A stretch of 45,667 bases of DNA, from contig JBECUI020000062.1 in NCBI GenBank assembly GCA_040954595.2, positions 1 to 45,667 of the forward strand, in the 5' to 3' direction. Position 1 is the stretch's first letter. The number at the start of each line of letters is the position of its first letter. Positions 20,011-30,241 of the stretch are shown here, in pieces. Source of the DNA: Balanoglossus misakiensis (Eukaryota > Animalia > Hemichordata). A program made the translations under genes and the position numbers. The notes below the pieces were generated by a model. That model did no database searches and had not been told where the DNA came from. It worked only from the letters and a program-made list of their open reading frames with translations.

Positions 20011-21117
20011 ATGGAAAAGACGCTAAAGTATAAGAAATATCACTTCGGTGCAATCAATTCGGGAATAGTTCTGGACTGTGGCATCTCATTTGGCCCTATA
20101 ACAGTACAGTATGAGACATACGGCACTCTGAACAGTTCCCGAAGTAATGCAATTCTCATCTTGCACCCCTTTAGTGGAGATGCACATGCAGCTGGAAAAC
20201 ATCAACAAAGCGATAAACATCCTGGTTGGTGGGATGGCATGATCGGACCGGGACGGGCATTTGATACGAAGCACTTCTATGTTATCTGTTCTAATGTTCT
20301 TGGCGGATGCAAGGGAACGACCGGACCATCCAGTATTAATCCTGAAAGCAATACAAAATATGCCATGGATTTTCCGGTAATTACTATCCATGATATGGTA
20401 AAGGTGCAAAAAAAGTTGATTGATCACCTGAAAATAACACGCCTCTACGCTATTGCCGGTGCATCAATGGGAGGAATGCAGGGAATGGAATGGGTTGCAC
20501 ATTATCCCGAATATATAGCCCGTACTATTATTATTGCTACCCCACTGCGACTAAATGCACGAGATATTGCATATGCGGCGGTAGGCCGGCAAGCAATTAT
20601 GTCCGACCCAACATGGCGAAATGGCAACTATGGTGATGAACAACCACGAAAGGGGCTTGCGGTTGCGCGCATGATGGCACATATAACCTATAGCTCAGAA
20701 GATTCGCTGGGCAGTAAGTTTGGTAGGAAACTGCAGGAACAAGGTTCCTTTGATTTTTCTTTCTTAGATCAGTTTGCTATTGAAAGTTATCTAAAATACC
20801 AAGGAGAAAAATTTGTCGAACGTTTTGATGCAAATTCTTATCTCTATCTCAGTAAGGCTATGGAGTACTATGACATGGGAAAGAATACAGACTTGGATAC
20901 CATGCTGAGAACATGCAATAGCTCTTTTTTAGTTATCTCCTTTACTACCGACTGGCGTTTCCCGAACTCATGTATGATGGAACTCGTCCGATCCCTCGTC
21001 AGGACAAATAAGGACGTCTCATTTGTTGATATTGACTCGCCCCATGGACATGATAGTTTTTTATTGGAATTGGATAAACAAACAATGCTCATACGAGCAT
21101 TTTTGGAGGAACAATGA
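20011..21117 (+). CDS. metX: Homoserine O-acetyltransferase
   Basis: YETYGTLN, GWWDGMIGPG, GASMGGM nucleophile, RFDANSY, GHDSFLLE. Confidence 0.95.
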   Translation: MEKTLKYKKYHFGAINSGIVLDCGISFGPITVQYETYGTLNSSRSNAILILHPFSGDAHAAGKHQQSDKHPGWWDGMIGPGRAFDTKHFYVICSNVLGGCKGTTGPSSINPESNTKYAMDFPVITIHDMVKVQKKLIDHLKITRLYAIAGASMGGMQGMEWVAHYPEYIARTIIIATPLRLNARDIAYAAVGRQAIMSDPTWRNGNYGDEQPRKGLAVARMMAHITYSSEDSLGSKFGRKLQEQGSFDFSFLDQFAIESYLKYQGEKFVERFDANSYLYLSKAMEYYDMGKNTDLDTMLRTCNSSFLVISFTTDWRFPNSCMMELVRSLVRTNKDVSFVDIDSPHGHDSFLLELDKQTMLIRAFLEEQ

Positions 21118-21719
21118 ACACAGACCAGTATGACAGTATTATTCTTGATTGGGTTAAGCCCGGAAGTCTTGTTCTTGATCTTGGTTGCGGAACTGGTAAC
21201 TTATTGTTGGAGCTAAACAGAAAAAACCAAGTTATTGGAAAGGGAATAGAAATCGAAGAGAAAAATATCCAGACATGTATCAGCAAGGGGCTGTCGGTAA
21301 TTCATGCAGACCTGAACGATGGATTGCAAGACTATCAAACCCTCTCCTTTGACTATGTTATTATGAATAGAACGCTGCAGATTATGAAAAACCCGCGCTT
21401 CATCCTCAACGAAATGCTTCGCATTGGAAATCGGTGCATTATTAACTACCCAAACTTCGGGTACTTAAAAAACCGCTGGCAACTTATGTTTCATGGTCGA
21501 ATGCCGAGAAACAAAAACTTTCCTTATGAATGGTATAATACCCCAAATATTCATTTCTGCACCCGAAAAGATTTTGCAAGGCTTTGTAAGCAGGAAAAAA
21601 TACATATTGTATGTGAAAAGTATAGTAGAAATGGGAAGGGTGTGCATAAACTCTTCCCAAACCTTACAGCAAATGAAATATATTGCATGATTAGCAGGAA
21701 AAATGATAATCATGCTTGA
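21114..21719 (+). CDS. metW: Methionine biosynthesis protein MetW
   Basis: VLDLGCGTG, EMLRIG, PNFG, WYNTPNIHFCT; coupled to metX. Confidence 0.93.
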   Translation: MNTDQYDSIILDWVKPGSLVLDLGCGTGNLLLELNRKNQVIGKGIEIEEKNIQTCISKGLSVIHADLNDGLQDYQTLSFDYVIMNRTLQIMKNPRFILNEMLRIGNRCIINYPNFGYLKNRWQLMFHGRMPRNKNFPYEWYNTPNIHFCTRKDFARLCKQEKIHIVCEKYSRNGKGVHKLFPNLTANEIYCMISRKNDNHA

Positions 21720-21753
21720 ACATATTACATATATAATATAGCATTAATAGGGC

Positions 21754-22341
21754 ATGGCAAAACAACAAAGACTAGGACAAAAGTCGTGGATGCTTCGGGT
21801 TAATGAAATGATTCAGGTATCACAAGTACGAGTGATTACTGAGGACGGCAAACAAATGGGAGTCATCAATATTGAAGATGCGTTACGTTTGGCCACTATG
21901 CGAAACCTTGACCTCGTAGAAATAGCACCTCAGGCATCACCTCCGGTTTGTAAACTATTAGATTACGGAAAGTATAAGTTTGAAGTAGAAAAAAAACAAA
22001 AAGAATCAAGAAAAAATCAAAAGCCTGTTCGACTAAAAGAAGTACGAATGCAGCCAAAGATTGGATATCATGATCTTGATTTCAAAACAAGAAAAATTAC
22101 CGAGTTTTTAACCGAGGGAAATAAGGTCAAGGTTACTATCCGTTTTCGCGGAAGAGAAATGGCTCATACCTATTTAGGAAAAGATGTGTTAAACAAAATC
22201 GTTGCAAAAATAGATGAGAAAATTTTCTCTATGGAACGTGCCCCCCTTATGGAGGGTCGTTTTATGTCTATGATCCTCGCATCAAGAGTTATTCATTCGA
22301 AAGGAGATAATAAAGATAATGCCAAAAATGAAAACACGTAG
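21754..22341 (+). CDS. infC: Translation initiation factor IF-3
   Basis: [38 protein letters not shown]. Confidence 0.96.
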   Translation: MAKQQRLGQKSWMLRVNEMIQVSQVRVITEDGKQMGVINIEDALRLATMRNLDLVEIAPQASPPVCKLLDYGKYKFEVEKKQKESRKNQKPVRLKEVRMQPKIGYHDLDFKTRKITEFLTEGNKVKVTIRFRGREMAHTYLGKDVLNKIVAKIDEKIFSMERAPLMEGRFMSMILASRVIHSKGDNKDNAKNENT

Positions 22342-22519
22342 AAGTGCGGCAAAACGTTATACGTTAACTGCAACTGGGAAAGTAAAGTATAAAAAACAGG
22401 GACTTCGGCATATTCTTATCAAGAAATCCCAAAACCGTAAACGACGTTTACGAAAAGCTGGTATGCTCAGTCCTGCTGAGGTTACCCGTATTAAAAAGAA
22501 ACTATTACCATACGGATAG
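22319..22519 (+). CDS. rpmI: 50S ribosomal protein L35
   Basis: [14 protein letters not shown]...LLPYG. Confidence 0.97.
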   Translation: MPKMKTRRSAAKRYTLTATGKVKYKKQGLRHILIKKSQNRKRRLRKAGMLSPAEVTRIKKKLLPYG

Positions 22520-22531
22520 GAAGGAATTTTT

Positions 22532-22894
22532 ATGCCTAGAGCAATAGACGGGCGCCGAAGAAAAGAACGGCGCAAGAAAATACTAAAAGATAGTAAGGGT
22601 TTTTGGGGGAGAAGGAAAAATTTATTTCGTGTAGCCAAGAGTGCTGTTGCAAAAGCATACTTGTATGCATATCGAGATAGAAGAGCAAAGAAACGGGCAT
22701 TCCGACGACTCTGGATTACCCGTCTGTCAGCTGCATGTCGCTTACATGGTATTACCTACTCTCGTTTTATCCACGCTTTGGCTGAGCACAATATTACATT
22801 GAATCGCAAAGCCATGTCGAATATGGCAATTGAGGATAAGGAAGCATTTGCAGAACTGGTAACATTAGTTAAAGCAAATTCACATGTTAAATAA
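22532..22894 (+). CDS. rplT: 50S ribosomal protein L20
   Basis: YAYRDRRAKKRAFRRLWITR, LNRK. Confidence 0.97.
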   Translation: MPRAIDGRRRKERRKKILKDSKGFWGRRKNLFRVAKSAVAKAYLYAYRDRRAKKRAFRRLWITRLSAACRLHGITYSRFIHALAEHNITLNRKAMSNMAIEDKEAFAELVTLVKANSHVK

Positions 22895-23888
22895 AAAATT
22901 TGAATTACTGGAACAAAAGATTCGCGAAGCTGTACTGTATATCGTAGAACTAAAGAAGGAAAACAAAGAACTCAGAGAAAAATACACATACTTTTCGGAA
23001 AAATATACTAACTACGAAAAAAAGGTTCTTGCCTTGGAAACCACGATTCAGACACTTCGTGAAGAACATCATCAGATAGAACAAGAAATTGCACGAACTC
23101 TTGAACAGTTAGAAAAATTAGAAGATGCTATGGAAGAAACCTCAGACTTCCCCTCTTCTGCCGAACTAGAAAAAACAAAAACATCAGTTATAGAAAAGAG
23201 TAATGAAAAAGCTCCAAGCAAAGAATCTCAAACCGAAGAATCGCTGAGTGATGAAAGACTGCAAACTGATGTAGATGATACAACATTTGACGAAGATACT
23301 ACTCCCACAGCACTTGATGTAGATGATACAAGCTTTGACGAAGATACTACTCCCACAGCACTTGATGTAGATGATACAAGCTTTGACGAAGATACTACTC
23401 CCACAGCACTTGATGTAGATGATACAAGCTTTGACGAAGATACTACTCCCACAGCACTTGATGTAGATGATACAAGCTTTGACGAAGATACTACTCCCAT
23501 AGCACTTGATGTAGATGATACAAGCTTTGACGAAGATACTGTACATCTTGATGAAAGGTCTTCGCATGTTGCATTGCAACTTGATGAAAATATTGGCGAA
23601 GAAGCAGACCCGTTTGAAACTAAAAAAAGCGATGTCCCGACTTCTTCAGTCGAGATATTTTCCGAAGAATCAAATGAAGAGCCAAGGGAAAAACCCTTTT
23701 TAGCCTTTTCCACTCCTTTTGAGAAGGAAACTTGGGAGTCAGACGAAGAAAACTTGATTTCATCTTCGTCTGAACAATCTGACTTATCCTCCGATCCTTC
23801 CCTTCCAACGCCCGATGAATACCCACAAAAAAAGTTGGATGACGATGGTTTAATGAAAGATCTCCCGGAGGAGCCGGAAATGTTCTAA
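22884..23888 (+). CDS. zapB: ZapB-like coiled-coil protein with a long acidic, repeat-containing tail
   Basis: N-terminal LLEQKIREAV..IVELKKEN..L coiled coil; position between rplT and zapA. Confidence 0.7.
   Translation: MLNKKFELLEQKIREAVLYIVELKKENKELREKYTYFSEKYTNYEKKVLALETTIQTLREEHHQIEQEIARTLEQLEKLEDAMEETSDFPSSAELEKTKTSVIEKSNEKAPSKESQTEESLSDERLQTDVDDTTFDEDTTPTALDVDDTSFDEDTTPTALDVDDTSFDEDTTPTALDVDDTSFDEDTTPTALDVDDTSFDEDTTPIALDVDDTSFDEDTVHLDERSSHVALQLDENIGEEADPFETKKSDVPTSSVEIFSEESNEEPREKPFLAFSTPFEKETWESDEENLISSSSEQSDLSSDPSLPTPDEYPQKKLDDDGLMKDLPEEPEMF
23268..23540 (+). repeat. 48-bp in-frame tandem repeat, ~5.7 copies (DVDDTSFDEDTTPTAL)
   Basis: Units start at 23268, 23316, 23364, 23412, 23460 and 23508 (partial); near-identical. 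Confidence 0.97.
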
Positions 23889-24184
23889 TGAGAATACATA
23901 TTCTTGGAACTTCCTTCACCATCGAGTCGGATGAGGGCCCTGAACATCTTGCCCATGTATTAAAGCATGTTAATCAAACAGTTGAAGAAATTAAACAATC
24001 ACAAAAAATAAATGACCCACTTAAACTTGCAATTCTTGTTTCCTGTGCCTTATCAAGCGAGTACTGGAAACTACACGAACGGCATAACAATCTAGAAAAA
24101 CAATTCAAAAAACAACAAGAACAGCTTGAACGTTCTACCGAAGATTTACTTGATAATCTGCAGTCAACTTTACCACAACAATGA
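23888..24184 (+). CDS. zapA: Cell division protein ZapA
   Basis: IHILGTSFTI...DPLKLAIL..L..E followed by coiled coil. Confidence 0.88.
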   Translation: MRIHILGTSFTIESDEGPEHLAHVLKHVNQTVEEIKQSQKINDPLKLAILVSCALSSEYWKLHERHNNLEKQFKKQQEQLERSTEDLLDNLQSTLPQQ

Positions 24185-24194
24185 GTTGCGATAT

Positions 24195-24222
24195 TCAAGT
24201 TTGAGATAAAATAAACCGAAAA
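24195..24222 (+). promoter_or_regulatory. Possible sigma28 promoter for flaB
   Basis: TCAA-16-ACCGAAAA, resembling TAAA-N15-GCCGATAA but spacing is 1 nt long. Confidence 0.45.
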
Positions 24223-24401
24223 AGAAGTGAAGGGAAATAAGAATCTGGTAAACCAGGAAAGTGTATTTTCCCTTTATCTATACTTGTGTATCGGAAGTAA
24301 ATAGAAAACATTAAGTATTTTTTTCCGGATATGCAAAAAAATATAGAGGAGTTGGCGAATATGGAAATGAACCAAGAAATGAAATCAAGGAGGATGGTAA
24401 T

Positions 24402-25259
24402 ATGATAATTAATCATAACCTGAGTGCAATGTTTGCTCATCGACAATATGCTGCAAACGAGCGGATGCTGACGCGTGATATGGAGAAATTATCGTCCGGG
24501 TTACGAATTACACGGGCTGCAGATGATGCTTCCGGTCTTGCGGTGTCTGAAAAGATGCGTGCACAAATTCGTGGGCTACGTGCTGCATCTCGGAATACAT
24601 CGGATGCTATATCGTTTATTCAAACAGTCGAAGGGTACTTACAAGATTCTCAAGATGCCATGCAGCGGATTAGAGAACTTGCTGTGCAGGCATCAAATGG
24701 TATTTATTCTGCGGAGGACCGTATGCAAATACAGGTTGAGGTATCACAGTTGGTAGACGAAATCGATAGCATTGCCTCCTATGCACAGTACAATGGCATG
24801 GCTGTGCTTACTGGACGCTTTGCGCGACCGACTGAAACGGCTGTAGTAACTGCTAGCATGTGGTTTCACGTTGGTGCAAATATGGATCAACGTGAGCAAG
24901 CTTTTATTGGCACCATGACGGCTACCGCCCTAAACTTTCGCACGCTTGATAATACCATTATTTCTGTCTCTTCTCCTGATGGGGCAAATCGTGTAATTGG
25001 CATTGTTGATAATGCTTTGAAGTTAGTCAATAAACAACGAGCTGATCTTGGGGCATATCAGAATCGACTCGAAATGACTCGAGGCGGACTTGATACGACA
25101 GCAGATAACCTGCAAGGTGCGGAATCGCGTATTCGTGATCTTGATATGGCACAAGGTGTTGTTCAAATGACACGGCATCAAATCTTGCTACAGGCAAGTA
25201 CATCGATGTTGGCTCAGGCGAATATGAAGTCGCAAACTGTTTTGCAGTTATTAAAATAA
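24402..25259 (+). CDS. flaB: Flagellar core flagellin FlaB
   Basis: [46 protein letters not shown]; RBS AAGGAGG. Confidence 0.97.
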   Translation: MIINHNLSAMFAHRQYAANERMLTRDMEKLSSGLRITRAADDASGLAVSEKMRAQIRGLRAASRNTSDAISFIQTVEGYLQDSQDAMQRIRELAVQASNGIYSAEDRMQIQVEVSQLVDEIDSIASYAQYNGMAVLTGRFARPTETAVVTASMWFHVGANMDQREQAFIGTMTATALNFRTLDNTIISVSSPDGANRVIGIVDNALKLVNKQRADLGAYQNRLEMTRGGLDTTADNLQGAESRIRDLDMAQGVVQMTRHQILLQASTSMLAQANMKSQTVLQLLK

Positions 25260-25337
25260 ATCCGAACTACTTGTTCGGTCCGTAGCATGACTGCGGTGAT
25301 CTTTGAAAGCAATCCTCCTATGCGCCAAGTAACTGGA

Positions 25338-25371
25338 GAGTATACGGTTTGGATTTCCAAGCCGTATACTC
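25338..25371 (+). terminator. 15-bp stem-loop after flaB (terminator or stabiliser)
   Basis: GAGTATACGGTTTGG-ATTT-CCAAGCCGTATACTC with one G-U pair; only a weak U-tract follows. Confidence 0.55.
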
Positions 25372-25456
25372 CTGTTCATAAGAGACTTCTAAGCGTGCTT
25401 TTAAGTCTATTTTGAAATATCGACTGCGGTCGAAAATTTAGAGGAAGGAGGAGAAT

Positions 25457-26302
25457 ATGATAATTAATCATAATGCGAGTGCCGCCTTTGCGAACCGCGA
25501 ACTGAAATTCAAAACTATTGAAAATAGTAAAAGTATTGAACGATTAAGTTCTGGGTTACGCATTAATCGGGCGGGAGATGATGCTTCGGGATTGGCTTTG
25601 TCAGAAAAATTGCGAACTCAGGTTCGTGGCTTACGACAAGCTGAACGGAATATTGAAGATGCAATTTCATTTATTCAAAGCACTGAGGCATACTTGCAAG
25701 AAAGTATGGATGCATTACAACGTGTTCGTGAGCTTGCAATCCAATCAAGCAATGGGATCTACTCTACTCAAGATAGACAACAAATACAAGTAGAGGTTTC
25801 TATGCTGATTGATGAAGTAAATCGAATAGCAACGGATGCACAGTTCAACGGTTTAAAGATGTTAGATGGTAGTTTTGCCTCTGATCAACAGTTAACCATG
25901 CAGTTTCAGATTGGAGCAAACCAGAACCAATCCATACAGGTCAATATTAATGATATGACTGCACGGGGTTTGAACTTGATAGACCAAGAGGGAAACCAGA
26001 CCGTATCTATTTCCACTGTTGTTTCGGCCAACGCAACTTTAGGAAGGGTTGATGAGGCTTTAGATCAATTACTAAAGCAACGGGCGGACCTCGGTGCTTA
26101 TCAGAACCGTATGCAGCTCGTACAACGTGGCATTGCTGTTGCTGCTGAAAACTTTGCAGCTGCAGAATCCAATATTAGGGATACAAACATTGCTACAGAA
26201 ATAAGCAGTTTCGTGAGAGGACAAATCCTAATGCAGGCAAGCATGGCCATGCTTGCACAGGCAAATACTCAACCGGAAATTGCATTACAGTTACTTGGTT
26301 AG
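25457..26302 (+). CDS. flaB: Second flagellin (FlaB paralog)
   Basis: [43 protein letters not shown]; RBS AAGGAGGAG. Confidence 0.95.
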   Translation: MIINHNASAAFANRELKFKTIENSKSIERLSSGLRINRAGDDASGLALSEKLRTQVRGLRQAERNIEDAISFIQSTEAYLQESMDALQRVRELAIQSSNGIYSTQDRQQIQVEVSMLIDEVNRIATDAQFNGLKMLDGSFASDQQLTMQFQIGANQNQSIQVNINDMTARGLNLIDQEGNQTVSISTVVSANATLGRVDEALDQLLKQRADLGAYQNRMQLVQRGIAVAAENFAAAESNIRDTNIATEISSFVRGQILMQASMAMLAQANTQPEIALQLLG

Positions 26303-26353
26303 ACTATATCCTAAGAGGCCTCTGGACGTCGCTTCTTTTGATTGTGAGTACTT

Positions 26354-26385
26354 CGGCAGAAAGGCACGCATTTCTGCCGTGTTTT
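26354..26385 (+). terminator. Intrinsic terminator after the second flagellin
   Basis: CGGCAGAAA-8 nt-TTTCTGCCG followed by TGTTTT. Confidence 0.65.
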
Positions 26386-26392
26386 ATTAGTT

Positions 26393-26761
26393 TTGTACAG
26401 GATTATGTTAGATATACAAAATTTGTTTTATGAAGAAATACATTCTCGTATTCCCAACCTCGGAAAGAAGTATGATCCAATACAAGCTTATTCACAGCAA
26501 CCTTCACCCATAAAAAAAGAATCCCCTCCCCCCTTAACACAGAAAGAAATTTATGAAATGATCTCAAAAATAGAACGGTTAACCCCCTTAATGAACCGTA
26601 AGTTGCGCTTCGAATATGATAAGAGACTTGAAAGAATTATCGTAAAGGTCATTGATAAAAGCACCGACACTATAATAAAAGAGTTGCCTCCTGAGGCATT
26701 ACAAAACATGTATGCCAGGATACGGCAGGCCATTGGCGTCCTTATTGACGAAATAATATAA
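26393..26761 (+). CDS. flaG: Flagellar protein FlaG
   Basis: NRKLRFEYD...VKVID..T..IIKELPPE...GVLIDE. Confidence 0.9.
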   Translation: MYRIMLDIQNLFYEEIHSRIPNLGKKYDPIQAYSQQPSPIKKESPPPLTQKEIYEMISKIERLTPLMNRKLRFEYDKRLERIIVKVIDKSTDTIIKELPPEALQNMYARIRQAIGVLIDEII

Positions 26762-26785
26762 GCCTGCCTCTTGGAGCACAGGATA

Positions 26786-28216
26786 ATGGCTGAGATTTCT
26801 ATTCCTTCCTTACTATCTCAAAATAATAACGACTGGACAAAACAAATTGAAAACGTTCTTGAAAAAGAACGTATTCCTGTTCAGCGATTGGAAGAAGAAC
26901 GAGATACCTACCAAATAAAAGAACGAATATGGGGAAATATCCGTCGTCAGATTGGTGAACTCTCTACAAGTGCACGCGACTTCTACCAATTTGGGAACCT
27001 CTTTTCCGAACGCAGTGTGCAATCAACGAATGAAGGGGCAGTTACTGCCATAGCACGCCCAAATGCAAGCCTCGGCCGCTTTTCTCTGACTGTGCATAAA
27101 CTTGCAACCCGTGAGCGGCTGCGCTCCCAACCTATTCCCAACGATAGTGCCCTTCCAACAGGGAAATACCGTTTTGCAGTTGGTGATGAAGAAGTTAGTT
27201 TTTACTATAAGAATAAAACAATCAGTAGTTTTGTTGAAGAACTAAATACGGCAGGCAATGGAATTATTAGGAGCTTTCTTATTCGCATCAATGATGATGA
27301 GCAGGTGCTGACAATCAATAGCATGATGCCCGGTGCCGAACAAGGTATCCGTCTGTATGATAATGCAGAAATGCTTACAGAAAAAATTGGTCTATATGTA
27401 CTCGAAGAAGCTGCGAATGCGCATTTATCGGTTGATGATATTCAAATAGAACGAGAAACAAATACTATTGACGATGCCATTCCCGCAGTAACCCTTGAAC
27501 TGCATGAGCCCGATAGTAGTACCATCACAATAGAACCTGATACCGACAGCGCTAAAGAGGCAATTATTCGTTTTGTCGGCTTATATAATCAAACCATGCG
27601 GGACATCAACATACTGACCCGTAATAGACCTGAAATAATAGAAGAAATTACATACTTTACCGACGAAGAACGCCTGAAAGCTGAAAAAGAACTGGGAATG
27701 CTGGCAGGCGACCATAGCTTAAATCGACTCGCAACCCAGTTACAAAGCGCCATGCGTAATAGTGTTTCTACTAACAGAACAGTTCCCCTTCTCGAAAGTA
27801 TTGGAATACGTTCCCAGACCTTCTCCCCTAATAGTGCCAACCGGGTAACAAACCTTCTTGGATATCTCGAAATTGACGAAAAAATACTTGATGATATGCT
27901 TAAGAATCATTTTACCGAGGTAGCAAATCTCTTTGGCAATGATGCGAATAACGACCTTATTATTGATAATGGCATTGCCTATGGAATAAATGAAGCTGTA
28001 AAGCAATACACCCAAAACGGGGGAATTATTGAGGGCCGTCTAAACCGCATATCCGCTCTTGTAGAAGATACAGAAGATAGCATTGATACATATAACAAAA
28101 AAATTGATGATTTGGAACGGGATCTTGTGCAACAATTTACTCGACTGGAACAACAAATACGAATAATGCAACAAAGTTCTTCTGCAATACAAAACCTGAC
28201 ACAGGGGAATCGATAG
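26786..28216 (+). CDS. fliD: Flagellar filament cap FliD
   Basis: ISIP N-terminus, VHKLAT, FVGLYN, GYLEIDE, C-terminal coiled coil; follows flaG. Confidence 0.9.
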   Translation: MAEISIPSLLSQNNNDWTKQIENVLEKERIPVQRLEEERDTYQIKERIWGNIRRQIGELSTSARDFYQFGNLFSERSVQSTNEGAVTAIARPNASLGRFSLTVHKLATRERLRSQPIPNDSALPTGKYRFAVGDEEVSFYYKNKTISSFVEELNTAGNGIIRSFLIRINDDEQVLTINSMMPGAEQGIRLYDNAEMLTEKIGLYVLEEAANAHLSVDDIQIERETNTIDDAIPAVTLELHEPDSSTITIEPDTDSAKEAIIRFVGLYNQTMRDINILTRNRPEIIEEITYFTDEERLKAEKELGMLAGDHSLNRLATQLQSAMRNSVSTNRTVPLLESIGIRSQTFSPNSANRVTNLLGYLEIDEKILDDMLKNHFTEVANLFGNDANNDLIIDNGIAYGINEAVKQYTQNGGIIEGRLNRISALVEDTEDSIDTYNKKIDDLERDLVQQFTRLEQQIRIMQQSSSAIQNLTQGNR

Positions 28217-28230
28217 TGGGAGAAGATAAA

Positions 28231-29094
28231 ATGAAAATTATTATAGATGAAGAAGTCATATCTTTCACATTAGAAAATGAACAATGGGCTTCCGATATCA
28301 TTATTGCGATACGAGATTGGTTAACGGGTGGTGAACGCGTTATTACCAGTGTTAGTATTCTAAACCATGAAGATACACTTGATGTTCGAAACTGGAAGGA
28401 TATTCCAATAAATGAGGTAAAGATTCTTACTATTGAATCATTGCATAATTTTGAATTTCGTTATTCAGCACTAAAATGGCTTCAAAACTATGTTACCGAG
28501 TTACAAAAAGCACTCAAAATGAACGACAAGGAATCTATTGAGTATATGAAGGGTCAATGTGATGAGGTGCAGAATCTTCTATCACTAATTCTATCCCCCA
28601 ATGATGTGAAAAATATTATCGCTCGCTTGGGAAACAGTTCTGTAGAAAATAAAGAGCATAAGGCCTTCCTGACCTACCTTCTTGAACTTTTCTTTGAACA
28701 AGAGCGTGAAATGTTAGATCCCCTGCAAGAAGGGATGACAACCGCTGACACCCTTTCAAACGAGTTAGAAGGGTATCGTGAAATACCGGTATTGGTACAA
28801 ACCGGACATGGCAAAGAAGCTATGGCAAAACTGATCCATTTTAGTAATCTAATAACAAAAATTTTGCGCATTTACCCGTACTTACTCTATAAGTATCGTA
28901 AAACTCAAAACGATACCATGCAGGAAAACATTGTGTCAATAAATACAATGCTCAATGAGTTGGCAAATGCCCTGCAAAAGAATGATATGGTAAATGTCGG
29001 GGATGTAATCGAATACGAATTGATACCTGAATTTGAAATATGGATAAAAAGATTCTACAATGAATTTAAACCTCTGGAATGCAACAAGAAATAA
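28231..29094 (+). CDS. Hypothetical helical protein (flagellar-locus associated)
   Basis: Long ORF; C-terminal D...GDVIEYEL.P motif seen in flagellar-region hypothetical proteins. Confidence 0.75.
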   Translation: MKIIIDEEVISFTLENEQWASDIIIAIRDWLTGGERVITSVSILNHEDTLDVRNWKDIPINEVKILTIESLHNFEFRYSALKWLQNYVTELQKALKMNDKESIEYMKGQCDEVQNLLSLILSPNDVKNIIARLGNSSVENKEHKAFLTYLLELFFEQEREMLDPLQEGMTTADTLSNELEGYREIPVLVQTGHGKEAMAKLIHFSNLITKILRIYPYLLYKYRKTQNDTMQENIVSINTMLNELANALQKNDMVNVGDVIEYELIPEFEIWIKRFYNEFKPLECNKK

Positions 29095-29492
29095 CGTTCT
29101 TTTCAGCATCTCACGCCGAAACAGAAGAAATCGGAAAAAAAATCGCTTCTCGGCTCTCTGGCATAGTGGGGCTACGTGGTCTGCTGGGTTCGGGAAAGAC
29201 AACAGTCGTTGGCGGAATTTTATCAAGTTTCGGTATTAAATGCCTTGGAAGTCCCAGTTTTCAACTCGTACATGAATATTCTACGGAAATGCTCAAAATT
29301 TATCATCTTGATTGTTATCGCCTGCATAGCTTTCGTGAACTCGAACTTATTGCATGGCGCGACCTTGTTACTGAAGAGTCTCTTTTGCTTATTGAATGGT
29401 ATGATCGTTTCCCTGAGATACAACCGGACCATCAAATATACATACAGATAGAAAATGAATCAACCCGTAAAATTACAGTTACGAATATATGA
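29079..29492 (+). CDS. tsaE: tRNA t6A biosynthesis ATPase TsaE
   Basis: GLLGSGKTT, SPSFQLVHEY, YHLDCYRL, LIEW. Confidence 0.93.
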   Translation: MQQEITFFSASHAETEEIGKKIASRLSGIVGLRGLLGSGKTTVVGGILSSFGIKCLGSPSFQLVHEYSTEMLKIYHLDCYRLHSFRELELIAWRDLVTEESLLLIEWYDRFPEIQPDHQIYIQIENESTRKITVTNI

Positions 29493-30190
29493 AAACAATC
29501 TTCGCATGTAGTACTACTTCAACCAGTATTGATTTCGCTCTTGCAACGATACATGGAGCAAGAATAAACAGCATGGTTCACCAATCAATTCAAGCAGAGC
29601 AGCATGGACATCATCTTATGGCATGTATTTCAGATTTCTTTGCTCAGCTACAGACAAGCATTGAAAACATACATGCTATTATCTGTCCAGCGGGACCGGG
29701 TTCCTTTACATCTCTCCGTACTACAATGGCGGTTGCCAAAGGTCTATGCTTTGCAAGAAATATCCCTATTGCTTCCGTATCGACCCTCGAGGCATGCTGT
29801 TTCTTTCGAAAAGAATGGATGGGTCTTGTTATTCCGGTTATTGATGCACGAACAAAACGTGTATTTACATGTGTTGCCCGCAATGGAAAAATATTGAGTG
29901 ACTATATGGATATACCTATCGCAGAGATCCCGGAACTATATAAGCTATATCAAAAAAAGAATGAGAAAATCCTTTTTAGTGGGGCAGATTCCTCACTTGT
30001 CTCTCAAGTAGAAAAACAGCCCCACTACTTCGATCGAAGCTACCCTGCTCTATCAATGCACGCATTAATACTTCTTGGAATACAGAAACTAGCCAGCCAA
30101 GAACTATTGCCTGAAAATGCTGGGCCCATCTATATTCGCCCGGCATCTATTGATAGCAAAGGGGCTAAAAAACGCCTACAGCGAAGTTGA
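29489..30190 (+). CDS. tsaB: tRNA t6A biosynthesis protein TsaB
   Basis: GPGSFTSLR...AKGL, VSTLE, IDAR, PIYIR. Confidence 0.93.
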   Translation: MKTIFACSTTSTSIDFALATIHGARINSMVHQSIQAEQHGHHLMACISDFFAQLQTSIENIHAIICPAGPGSFTSLRTTMAVAKGLCFARNIPIASVSTLEACCFFRKEWMGLVIPVIDARTKRVFTCVARNGKILSDYMDIPIAEIPELYKLYQKKNEKILFSGADSSLVSQVEKQPHYFDRSYPALSMHALILLGIQKLASQELLPENAGPIYIRPASIDSKGAKKRLQRS

Positions 30191-30241
30191 AGAAATTGCT
30201 TCATCGACCCCCTAGGCTGCGTTTTGTAGTTAGGCTACTCC

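Noticed and set aside
23268-23540. Possible CRISPR array
   Set aside because: Units are contiguous 48-bp in-frame repeats with no unique spacers, inside a CDS, and there are no cas genes.
25260-25335. c-di-GMP riboswitch between the flagellins
   Set aside because: A GAAA is present but the GGCAAAC...GACGCAAAGC-type consensus and receptor stem are not.
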